Below the pieces are notes generated by a model. The model had not been told where the DNA came from and made no database searches. It was given only the letters and a program-made list of their open reading frames with translations. A DNA stretch of 20,000 nt. Source: an uncultured virus (IMG/VR IMGVR_UViG_3300029922_000018). Its lineage: Duplodnaviria; Heunggongvirae; Uroviricota; Caudoviricetes. Both the position numbers and the translations under genes were made by a program. The DNA lies in IMG/VR virus record IMGVR_UViG_3300029922_000018, one strand, 5' to 3'. Of the stretch, positions 1-8,258 are shown one piece after another (position 1 is the first letter of the stretch; every line of letters begins with the position of its first letter).

Positions 1-1368
1 AAGTGAATATGCGTCAACAAAACTTAACGGTTCGTTTAAAAACGAGCCAGACGGAATTGCATTTATGCTAACTTTCCAATTTGTTGGATTTGCAATTACA
101 GATGCAATACTGTCGGGATATAGATTGTAGAGATAAGCCGCTTCAATTTTAGTTCCAGCCGCATAAGTAGCCGGATTTCCTGCGGTTGGGTCATTTCCAA
201 ATACACTTGTAATGTAATGCGGGTCGCTTTCATCCAATGAGAAATTATAAACTCCATATCCACTTCCCAACGAAGAACTTAAGTATAAGTCAAATTCATT
301 GATGATTTGGTTTGAACCACTTGGTCCAAACGTGCCACCAGTCAAGTCGTGATATGATGCAGAAGAACCCAAAAATCCAGGGGCTTCTAAGTTATTGTTA
401 ATTCCGCCCCATTGAGTATCGGCCAATACTGCCAACACCATCGCATTTGTTCCGTTATTGACCCACTGATTTGAGCATGTATTATATGTCAAATTTCCAG
501 ACGTAAACTTCCCATCAAAATAGCCAAGCGAACCACTCAACCATCCATTTAATGAAAATGAACCAACTCCACAACTATTTAAACTCTGAGTAATTGATGA
601 TGATACGATATAAGGTTCTCCATCAGTAAACGTAGACGATATAAATTCTACGTTTGCTGTATTATCAGCACCGATTAATTTTCCAGTAAATTGGTTATAA
701 GAATTGAACAATATCTGGCTCAATACACTTGAAGTCGTTGCCGAAGCGGAAATTTGCAATACTCCCTTAAACTGAAATGATGAACTTAGAATTGTTCCGG
801 CAATAGTCGTTCCGGCATAGACATTACTTCCACTGTTGTTAGTAATCCCAACCTGACCAGTTCCTTGTCCACTTACAAGGGTTACGCTCACTGGTTGATT
901 TGTAAATATTACAGACGCAGTTACTGCGCTTGCAGTTCCAACCGGAGAAACGGTTAGGGATGACAAATTTATAGTGGATGGAACAACTCCATTGGGAATT
1001 ATAACATTGGAAACAGTTGACAACACTCCAATATCACCAGCACGTTCCCAGACTCCTTGTTCTGCCCATATAACCAGAGGATATTTCTGATGATATCCAG
1101 TTAAAGCACCAACACGGCACACCGTCACAAACCCCTTTTCTTGGAGATATTGGGCGGCGGCATAAGGACCATAATACGTTCCATCTGGAATTCCAAAATT
1201 GGTCTGTAAGTCATTTAAACTCGTGCAAATTGTTGGTGAAAATCCAGGACCTTTAGGAAATGGAGCAACTACTACTGCCCCGATGTCGGCTACTCCTTGA
1301 GCAACTCCGCTCTGGTCGATTTGCTGGGTGAAAACCCCCGGACTCATGAAATTTGGTAAATTTGACAT
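1..1368 (-). CDS. Contractile tail sheath protein, 5' part (runs off the window start)
   Basis: Manual translation from ATG at 1368 gives MSNLPNFMSPGVFTQQIDQSGVAQGVADIGAVVVAPFPKGPGFSPTICTSLNDLQTNFGIPDGTYYGPYAAAQYLQEKGFVTVCRV. The SPGV...KGP...FG...RV pattern is the typical sheath (gp18-like) N-terminus. The frame stays open to position 1. Confidence 0.9.
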   Translation of the reverse strand, partial: MSNLPNFMSPGVFTQQIDQSGVAQGVADIGAVVVAPFPKGPGFSPTICTSLNDLQTNFGIPDGTYYGPYAAAQYLQEKGFVTVCRVGALTGYHQKYPLVIWAEQGVWERAGDIGVLSTVSNVIIPNGVVPSTINLSSLTVSPVGTASAVTASVIFTNQPVSVTLVSGQGTGQVGITNNSGSNVYAGTTIAGTILSSSFQFKGVLQISASATTSSVLSQILFNSYNQFTGKLIGADNTANVEFISSTFTDGEPYIVSSSITQSLNSCGVGSFSLNGWLSGSLGYFDGKFTSGNLTYNTCSNQWVNNGTNAMVLAVLADTQWGGINNNLEAPGFLGSSASYHDLTGGTFGPSGSNQIINEFDLYLSSSLGSGYGVYNFSLDESDPHYITSVFGNDPTAGNPATYAAGTKIEAAYLYNLYPDSIASVIANPTNWKVSINAIPSGSFLNEPLSFVDAYSL

Positions 1369-1442
1369 ATATTTTTTATTTCCTTCGTGTTATTATTTTA
1401 TTCGTTGTTCTATTAAATAAAATAGACATTGAAACTATTAAC

Positions 1443-1450
1443 TATAAATA
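1443..1450 (-). promoter_or_regulatory. TATTTATA putative phage promoter motif upstream of the tail sheath gene
   Basis: The same octamer recurs on the sense strand upstream of several genes. Confidence 0.5.
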
Positions 1451-1489
1451 TAAGTCAAAATTTCGAAACGATAATTAAATATAAAAAAC

Positions 1490-1780
1490 TTATGTAGTTT
1501 TAGCCGTAGAAGTGAAAGTTCCGTTGGTAAGTGAGAGGTTTCCTTCACCATATGCCGACAATATCTTATCCAATACCTCTTTTTCATTTTTTTGGAGGGA
1601 TGTCCATTCTTCCTTGAGAAGTTTGTCCTTGGCGATATACGCAGCAACGGCATTGTCAAGTGCCATCTTTTCAATTTGCAAGTCGCCGAGCTTAAGTCGG
1701 ATAGTCTGAAATTTTACCTGCAAGTCTTTTATTTCAGTTATTTCGGTATCTTTTAGTTTTGTAACGATTGGTTCATTCAT
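1490..1780 (-). CDS. Small coiled-coil hypothetical protein (96 aa, MNEPIVTKLK...)
   Basis: ORF track gives 1490..1804. ATG at 1780 is preferred because a TAGTTATA motif lies 5 nt upstream. The sequence is helical/heptad-like and ends YGEGNLSLTNGTF. Confidence 0.7.
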   Translation of the reverse strand: MNEPIVTKLKDTEITEIKDLQVKFQTIRLKLGDLQIEKMALDNAVAAYIAKDKLLKEEWTSLQKNEKEVLDKILSAYGEGNLSLTNGTFTSTAKTT

Positions 1781-1825
1781 ATGATTATAACTATAATCGA
1801 ACAATAAAATTTTACTTATTATATT

Positions 1826-2326
1826 TTAAGAATTGAGAGTTTCTTTTAGTCTTGTCCCCAAGTCTTTGATATCGACGTAATCATAATTACCATCGGAGAA
1901 AGTCTTAAATTTCTCCCATACCTTATTAGCATCGTTACTTCTATGTAAGGTTGTTGATATCAACCCTTTAAATTTATGTTGTTGGGCATATTTTAATGCT
2001 GCCTTATATAATAGATATCCATATCCTTGAGATTTCACATTTGAAACTATACTATCAACAAATAGATATCCCTGCCTTCTTGGGATTTTATTGTCTAAAT
2101 CTTCTACGGGAACCCTATCCAACAATACAATTTGACCCATCATATGTTCATAGTCTTGGTCTTGAGTATATGCCCCACTCGTGTTTGAAAAGTCAGAAAC
2201 ATACATCCATATTTTAGCCCGACCCGACGATATATATTTATCATCGATTCTATAAGAAATTTTACCTTCCTTCTCTTTTTGAAAGGCTTCTTTTTCTTCG
2301 GTTAATAAATTTTTCAGTTTAATCAT
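1826..2326 (-). CDS. GNAT-family acetyltransferase with MIKLKNLLTE leader
   Basis: Motif A-like VDSIVSNVKSQGYGYLLYKAAL and C-terminal RSNDANKVWEKF. Carries the shared N-terminal leader. Confidence 0.7.
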   Translation of the reverse strand: MIKLKNLLTEEKEAFQKEKEGKISYRIDDKYISSGRAKIWMYVSDFSNTSGAYTQDQDYEHMMGQIVLLDRVPVEDLDNKIPRRQGYLFVDSIVSNVKSQGYGYLLYKAALKYAQQHKFKGLISTTLHRSNDANKVWEKFKTFSDGNYDYVDIKDLGTRLKETLNS

Positions 2327-2410
2327 ATTACTCCAACGGTCTATGTTTAAATATAAACCATAATAAAAATTTTATTCCATCAGTAAAAAATGTAATTGAT
2401 TTATATAATT

Positions 2411-2797
2411 TCATTTTGGCAATCGATACATGGACATATCATCAAATTCATCTCTCAAATACATCCCACTATTTTCAACAAACCCAAATTGTTTATAAAA
2501 TCTAATTAATCTACGAAGACCACTTGGATTTATACTGTCAGTTGCCGGTATTAAAGCCACCGGCATTTTTTTATTGTCGGCGAACTGGCATATCTCAGAC
2601 ATTATTTTTGTTCCCCAACCTTTTCCCTTGAATTGAGGCTTCATATATATGTCGGATATAAATATAGACTTGTTTTTGTCATCATAATAGAAATATAAAT
2701 CCTCAACATATTGTTTATATTTAGAATGTAATTGTCGCTCGAAACTTGAAATCTCTTGTCCGGTATTTTCAATTAATATAAATTTTAATTTAATCAT
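2411..2797 (-). CDS. GNAT-family acetyltransferase with MIKLKFILIE leader
   Basis: Acetyl-CoA binding motif IYMKPQFKGKGWGTKIM and the classic C-terminal LIRFYKQFGF. Confidence 0.85.
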   Translation of the reverse strand: MIKLKFILIENTGQEISSFERQLHSKYKQYVEDLYFYYDDKNKSIFISDIYMKPQFKGKGWGTKIMSEICQFADNKKMPVALIPATDSINPSGLRRLIRFYKQFGFVENSGMYLRDEFDDMSMYRLPK

Positions 2798-2798
2798 A

Positions 2799-5078
2799 TT
2801 ACTTTACGTTTGATTTTGAAAACCATCCAGTTCCATGTTTTTTAGACATATTATCATAATATTTCTTCGTCATACCAACTCCATCATCGGTCATCTGTCC
2901 AATTTTTGCTTTTCCAGATTTAACGTCGGGTCTTTGTTCGATGTGTTTTTCCAATAGTGCCACGCCTATTCCTCGTTTTTGGTAAGGCTCTTCCACCCAT
3001 ACACCAACTGCTCCAAATTCATTAGATGCCAATCCTATCGGCGTATTATCAATGAAGGCGGCAATTGATGTATCCTGCATAGGAAGATTAGATTCCAGTT
3101 TTTCTGCATCGGTCATCATTATAACATTTCCACCGGAGTCTCTTTTTATTTCCCCACTTTCATCATAAGCAACATACTCGTTTTTCTCACCACGCTGTCG
3201 AAATTCAACTTTAAATTCACCATATTGACCAACATCTAATAATACTGGCCATCGGGAGACATCCCCCAACCATTTTAATCCGCCCGCTTTTCTGTATTGT
3301 TTATAGGCAGTTGATGGTATATGACCAGTATAGTGATGTTTCATGAATTTATCCTTGTCAATTTCATGCGGTGATTTTTCCTTTTCCTTTTTTATTTCGT
3401 CGGCTAATTCTACAATTCTCTTTTCCAATCGACGTTTAATATATCCATCCGGTTCTTTATCCCACTCGTCTATTAAATCATTCTTTTCTTTTCTTAATTT
3501 GGACAGTATTTCATCATTTTCACATATTAAAAAATAATTTCGAATATCCTTATGCTCTTCTAAGAAGGTGAGTTTTCCTATGGTTCTTAAAAAATTATTT
3601 ATAATATCCCAAGCCGCCGCTTCATGTCCAGTTTCCAATAAATCATCAACTTCTAACTGAGTATTTAAATTTGCGTTATCATAGAATAAAGTCAATTCGT
3701 GGATGCCAACCATATCACTGGACATTACTTCATCCATTTCTATATTTTCAAACAATAAAGATTTTAATTTAATATGTCGCATTTTATTTTCTTTTATACC
3801 TATTAAAGTTTCCAAATATCCAGCGACATTTTCATGTCCGGTTCTTTTTAATACAAATATAATATCATTTATGTTTCTAATCTGGACGGATTCTTTAGAT
3901 GTTGCAAATATTTGTTGTTGTTGGGAATTCAACATTTTATTATACTTGGTTATAGCATCAAATATTTCTTCATCAATCGTTCCATTGTTATACAACCGAG
4001 TATATTCTTGCGGTGGAATTGCTTGTTGTAAAATTTCTAATACTCCATCTATATTTCGTTGATTATGAGCGTAGTCGACATCGATTTGCTCTAATGTATC
4101 TTTAATTTTAGGTTCATTTCCCATATCATTTAAAGATCGTCTTAAATCTTCATTATCTCGAAAATATCCCAAATCATCAACGTCACCACCACTTATTAAT
4201 TGTTCCCATACGAATGATTTAGCCAATTCATCTAGTTTGTCGGTATCTAGTCCATATCCATTAGCAATAACTTTAAAATCATTCAGTGAACTTACACTAT
4301 CTTCCAATTTATATTCTCGGTTAAGGTTATCAACATATGATTTCCAAATTGAGTCGGTTCCTTCATTTTTTACAAATTCGTCTATCAACATTGCGTCATA
4401 TTTATTTTTTCTTGATTCAGGATCATCTGATGACATATAATTTTCAATGGCTTCTTGAACGTATTCAGGCCACTGATATTCTCCATCACCAATCATATTA
4501 CTATAACTTATGGTATTATCATTTTTTTCATAAACGGTATAATCGCCGTTAGAATCTCCAGTTATAGCATATTTTTGATTATCTCGTTTATCCAGTAATA
4601 TTATAATGGTTTCTTTATAGTAATAATTATTCCACCACTTTTCACTGGCAACAATACACCACTTCGTATTATTTCCGTAATAGGCACAGGACTCATGAGT
4701 TGTTGGAGCGACAATTAGGAATTCCTCATCGTCAAGTATCATATTAGCCCCTTCACGAGTTTTTTCTTTATTGCTCTTTACACGAGTTGATAAGGCAAGT
4801 TTTAAATCATTATATGATTTTAATTTGTAAATATCCCTAAGAGAGGCTTGATATTTATCAAATTGATTAACATCTTTTAATAAATCTTCTATATCGGTAT
4901 TTGGTTCTGAACTAGCAATTTTTCCTATCCAGTCTATATACTTTTTATTTGAAGATGGGTCATTTAGAATAATTCTTCTTCGTAATTCCGGTTGCAACAT
5001 TTCATATTTCTTATTGAAATCTTCTATACGACCTTCTAATAGAATGTCTTCTAATAATAATGTTTTTAATTTAATCAT
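2799..5078 (-). CDS. 759-aa multidomain protein: N-terminal leader, conserved phage domain, internal second leader, C-terminal GNAT domain
   Basis: Starts MIKLKTLLLE. Contains a conserved-looking SCAYYGNNTKWCI segment. Internal MRHIKLKSLLFE at aa 433-444. C-terminal VWVEEPYQKRGIGVALL...QMTDDG is GNAT motif A. Confidence 0.75.
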   Translation of the reverse strand: MIKLKTLLLEDILLEGRIEDFNKKYEMLQPELRRRIILNDPSSNKKYIDWIGKIASSEPNTDIEDLLKDVNQFDKYQASLRDIYKLKSYNDLKLALSTRVKSNKEKTREGANMILDDEEFLIVAPTTHESCAYYGNNTKWCIVASEKWWNNYYYKETIIILLDKRDNQKYAITGDSNGDYTVYEKNDNTISYSNMIGDGEYQWPEYVQEAIENYMSSDDPESRKNKYDAMLIDEFVKNEGTDSIWKSYVDNLNREYKLEDSVSSLNDFKVIANGYGLDTDKLDELAKSFVWEQLISGGDVDDLGYFRDNEDLRRSLNDMGNEPKIKDTLEQIDVDYAHNQRNIDGVLEILQQAIPPQEYTRLYNNGTIDEEIFDAITKYNKMLNSQQQQIFATSKESVQIRNINDIIFVLKRTGHENVAGYLETLIGIKENKMRHIKLKSLLFENIEMDEVMSSDMVGIHELTLFYDNANLNTQLEVDDLLETGHEAAAWDIINNFLRTIGKLTFLEEHKDIRNYFLICENDEILSKLRKEKNDLIDEWDKEPDGYIKRRLEKRIVELADEIKKEKEKSPHEIDKDKFMKHHYTGHIPSTAYKQYRKAGGLKWLGDVSRWPVLLDVGQYGEFKVEFRQRGEKNEYVAYDESGEIKRDSGGNVIMMTDAEKLESNLPMQDTSIAAFIDNTPIGLASNEFGAVGVWVEEPYQKRGIGVALLEKHIEQRPDVKSGKAKIGQMTDDGVGMTKKYYDNMSKKHGTGWFSKSNVK

Positions 5079-5479
5079 TGATAATCCTTTATATCAATAA
5101 ATGTAGAAGAAGGGATTATTCCCTTATATATAAAAGGTCTAAAATCTTCATCCTCATGAGCAATAACATTGGGGTCAACATCAAATTTAGAAATATCTAA
5201 TTTTGAAGTATCAATCGAAATAATAACAATTTCATCAAACCAATGTTCTGGAATTTTAGGGTTTTCACTTACCTCAATAAATGAACCAGCCGCATTCTCA
5301 TCTTCAGCAAGATAAACTCCTGACTCGATACCTTCGAAATTATGTAGAATTTCATCATCTTTTGGAAGCAATCCAAGTTTTTGTATTCTTGGTATTAACG
5401 CATTAAACGTGGCATGATACAATACCGGAGGAATTGGTTTATGTAGTGCTTCTGTTAATAATGATTTTAAAAGTATCAT
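5075..5479 (-). CDS. ADP-ribosyltransferase-fold / Tpt1(KptA)-like NAD-binding protein with MILLKSLLTE leader
   Basis: LYHAT...RIQKLGLLP...GVYLA...YKGIIP resembles the H-x-T / GL / V-Y-L pattern of the Tpt1 C-terminal NAD domain and related ART domains. Confidence 0.6.
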   Translation of the reverse strand: MILLKSLLTEALHKPIPPVLYHATFNALIPRIQKLGLLPKDDEILHNFEGIESGVYLAEDENAAGSFIEVSENPKIPEHWFDEIVIISIDTSKLDISKFDVDPNVIAHEDEDFRPFIYKGIIPSSTFIDIKDYQ

Positions 5480-6228
5480 AGCGTAAAAAAGTAATGAATA
5501 TCTGAGATAGTATCATAGGCAAATATAAATCTAGACCCTTCTCCAAATTCAAAGTCATCTGGATTTCTTGATAAATGAACTCTAAACAACTTGTATTGTT
5601 TAGGAATACTATTTTCCATTATCTTATCGATAAATTCTAATTTAGTAAGGGGAGTGCTATTTTCAATTGCCTGTGCCATTTCAGTGGCATCACTAAATAA
5701 TTGACCGCTATCCAATATAGTTCGACAATCCCCACAAAAAAAATACTTTTCATTAAATCCAGTTTCTTCCGATAATTCATTGCCCGTTTCACTTTCCGGA
5801 TAAAAAAGAGTGATGGGGCGAATAGGACCAAATTTTGAACTTACCCATCTCTGCCAAATTATACTTTTGCTTTTATCTTCTAATACTTGTTTTTGTGCCT
5901 TGGTTGGCTCATTCCCTTCGACAAAAATCTTATTATTCCAAGGAACTTTTACAACTCGCATCCATCCCTTTGCGAATGCTTGTTCACACATTGCGGCGGA
6001 TGCTTCATCGAAATCAAAACTTTTATCTGTATTCGCATTCTTAAAAACCTGTTTTACTAAAGCATTATTTACCCCGAAAAGCGAGTTGTTATCGGCAACA
6101 TATAACCCATGCTGTGTATCGTTAGTGTCATATACTGTCCCATCTTTATCCAACCAAATCAAAATTGCATTAATTTGAGTTACATTTTTTAATGTATTTT
6201 CAGTTAATAATGATTTAAGTTTAATCAT
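5476..6228 (-). CDS. Hypothetical protein with MIKLKSLLTE leader, probably two domains
   Basis: 250-aa ORF with ATGA coupling to the next gene. N-terminal domain WLDKDG...HG...KGWMRV, an acidic linker NELSEE, then a C-terminal domain starting YFFCGDC. Confidence 0.7.
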   Translation of the reverse strand: MIKLKSLLTENTLKNVTQINAILIWLDKDGTVYDTNDTQHGLYVADNNSLFGVNNALVKQVFKNANTDKSFDFDEASAAMCEQAFAKGWMRVVKVPWNNKIFVEGNEPTKAQKQVLEDKSKSIIWQRWVSSKFGPIRPITLFYPESETGNELSEETGFNEKYFFCGDCRTILDSGQLFSDATEMAQAIENSTPLTKLEFIDKIMENSIPKQYKLFRVHLSRNPDDFEFGEGSRFIFAYDTISDIHYFFTL

Positions 6229-6313
6229 ATTATTATAAATATCAAGTCTTTGAAGCTAAATGCGCCTTAATTAAATCTAAATATTCCTCTTTAGTAGTAT
6301 TGGGATTTTCAAG
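6226..6313 (-). repeat. Diverged 88-bp direct repeat, copy 1 (cca 3' end + TATTTATA + next ATG)
   Basis: Encodes LENPNTTKEEYLDLIKAHLASKT* followed by TATTTATAATAATATG. Collinear without gaps with 7682-7769. Confidence 0.8.
6234..6241 (-). promoter_or_regulatory. TATTTATA motif 5 nt upstream of ATG 6228
   Basis: Recurrent intergenic octamer. Confidence 0.5.
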
Positions 6314-7684
6314 TTGTTGGTCTTTAACCAAATCCAATAGTTCTTTGAATAAAGGGCCTTGCTTCAATCCCAAATCCATTAAATCTTTCCCCGTCACTGG
6401 CAACTTAGCATTTTTTGCTGGAATGGTATTTTTTAACTTTTCTATACGAGAACGTATATTAGGTATTTGGTTTGGCATGGTATGACTTCCCTCGTGCGAA
6501 GCATTGTCAGCCTCCATGACATCAAGCATAGTTTCTAAATGGTCTCCTAAATCAACTGAAAATTTTCTAAGTGTTTTGTCCGTGGCGACCTCACCATCAT
6601 CACCCGCTCGTTTCAATCTCATATGATTAGCAATCCCGACAACTACTGCATCAATAATATCAGTTGGGTATTTTAATCGGGTTAATATATCTTTCGCCAT
6701 TTCACTTCCAACTTTCTCATGTGCGTAAAAATGAACTTCCCCATCGATGACAGTTTTTGTCTTCGTTTTTCCGATATCATGTAGGAGCGAAGTCAGCCTA
6801 TTTAATAATTCTGGCTTTGTTTTTTTCATTACCTCAATAGAATGCATCCATACATCAGATTTATGATATTTATTTTGCCCTAGTTTATATGCCGCTTTAA
6901 ATTCTGGTATTATATAATCCAATAGTCCCACTATCTTTAATAATTTTAATGCCTTTTCTGGTCGAGTAGTAACCAACATTTTATTTAATTCCGATTGAAT
7001 TCGTTCTGCCGATATATTTTTTAGTTCCCCCGCATTTCTTTTTAATGATTTTATTATGTATAGCGGAATTTCATGTCCATATTTTGCATAAAATCTTACA
7101 ATTCTCAGTTGTCTAAGCGGGTCATCTTTGAAAGTTTTATCGGGGTCTATTGGAGTTCTTATTATTCCATTTTTTAAATCGTCCATTCCCTTCCCCGTCA
7201 AATCTAATATTTCTCCGGTAGATATATTTTTATATAATGAATTGTAGGTTATGTCTCTTCTCTCCGCATCTCCTTTTAATGTAGTCGATTGAACTTCTGG
7301 ATGTCTAGACCCAACCGTGTATTTTTCAGACCGAGGCATAACCGCCTCAATCTCAAATCCGTTTAAATTTATTCCATTATGCGTTATTCCATTTAAATTA
7401 AATTTACTAGTTCCAAATTTTTCAAATGTAACTGGGTTTGAATGTTCTTTATAATTTCCGATTTTTTTCGTAATCCAATTGGAAAATAATATTCCTCCAT
7501 TTTCTTTATCGATAACTATATCCAAGTCCTTGGCATCCCGGCCTGAAATTTGGTCTCTGACGTATCCTCCACAAGCATAAACGAGTCCATCCCACTCAGT
7601 TCCTTTTATAATTTGCTTTATAAAATCTTCGGCGGTTTCTTCTAATTTCCCTTCCAAAAGGATTGATTTCAAACTTATTCTCAT
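6242..7684 (-). CDS. cca: tRNA nucleotidyltransferase (class II CCA-adding enzyme) with HD domain and MRISLKSILLE leader
   Basis: GGYVRD, DLD metal-binding motif, RRDITYN, DDPLR template motif, SAERIQSEL, and HD-domain motifs DVWMHS and LLHDIGK. Confidence 0.92.
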   Translation of the reverse strand: MRISLKSILLEGKLEETAEDFIKQIIKGTEWDGLVYACGGYVRDQISGRDAKDLDIVIDKENGGILFSNWITKKIGNYKEHSNPVTFEKFGTSKFNLNGITHNGINLNGFEIEAVMPRSEKYTVGSRHPEVQSTTLKGDAERRDITYNSLYKNISTGEILDLTGKGMDDLKNGIIRTPIDPDKTFKDDPLRQLRIVRFYAKYGHEIPLYIIKSLKRNAGELKNISAERIQSELNKMLVTTRPEKALKLLKIVGLLDYIIPEFKAAYKLGQNKYHKSDVWMHSIEVMKKTKPELLNRLTSLLHDIGKTKTKTVIDGEVHFYAHEKVGSEMAKDILTRLKYPTDIIDAVVVGIANHMRLKRAGDDGEVATDKTLRKFSVDLGDHLETMLDVMEADNASHEGSHTMPNQIPNIRSRIEKLKNTIPAKNAKLPVTGKDLMDLGLKQGPLFKELLDLVKDQQLENPNTTKEEYLDLIKAHLASKT

Positions 7685-7769
7685 ATTCTTATAAATATTA
7701 AGATTTGGAGGATAAATAAGATTTTATTATATCTAAATATTGTTCTTTACTTGTATTTTGATTTTCAAG
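7682..7769 (-). repeat. Diverged 88-bp direct repeat, copy 2 (immediately upstream of cca)
   Basis: Encodes LENQNTSKEQYLDIIKSYLSSKS* followed by TATTTATAAGAATATG. Confidence 0.8.
7690..7697 (-). promoter_or_regulatory. TATTTATA motif 5 nt upstream of the cca ATG
   Basis: Recurrent intergenic octamer. Confidence 0.5.
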
Positions 7770-8258
7770 TTTTATGTTTACAATCATATTTAATATATAA
7801 ATACAATCAATAGATGATAAATTATATGGGATATCTGATATTGTGAGTGGAAATGTTACTTTACCGCCTCGCCCAATGTTAAACCTGCGGTCATTATCAA
7901 TATATACTCCGGCTTCTTTCAATACTCTTTGTATAGGATAGGAAGATAATTTATAAATGCCAAATCCTGATAGGACTAACGCTATAGATTCTGGAGTTAT
8001 TATTTTATATAAATTACATATTACGTCAATAACCTCGCTTGATAGTTTTATTTTCATCTTTTCCGACTCCTCCGGACACTTCCTTCCTCGGTTCCACGCA
8101 GGTCTCCCTTTACTGGATGCTGAAAGATTTCGTTTGTGTTCTTCGGTAAATATACATCCCAACTTTGCTTTGCTTATTTTACGTCCCGCTAATCGAAGTA
8201 TTTCTGGGTTATTTTTTATAGTAATTGTTCTAGATTTTATGACTTTATCATAAATTTT
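7698..8258 (-). pseudogene. Degenerate NUMOD3-type DNA-binding ORF (homing endonuclease remnant) ending in a copy of the CCA enzyme C-terminus
   Basis: The frame is open from 8258 and reads RKISKAKLGCIFTEEHKRNLSASSKGRPAWNRG (NUMOD3-like). There is no in-frame ATG at the 5' end, and the coupled ATG at 8251 reads only MIKS*. No nuclease motif is visible. The C-terminal 23 aa match the cca C-terminus. Confidence 0.5.

Noticed and set aside
2352..2410. AT-only near-palindrome (AATAAAAATTTTATT) as a terminator or operator
   Set aside because: It has no GC stem and is expected by chance at this AT content.
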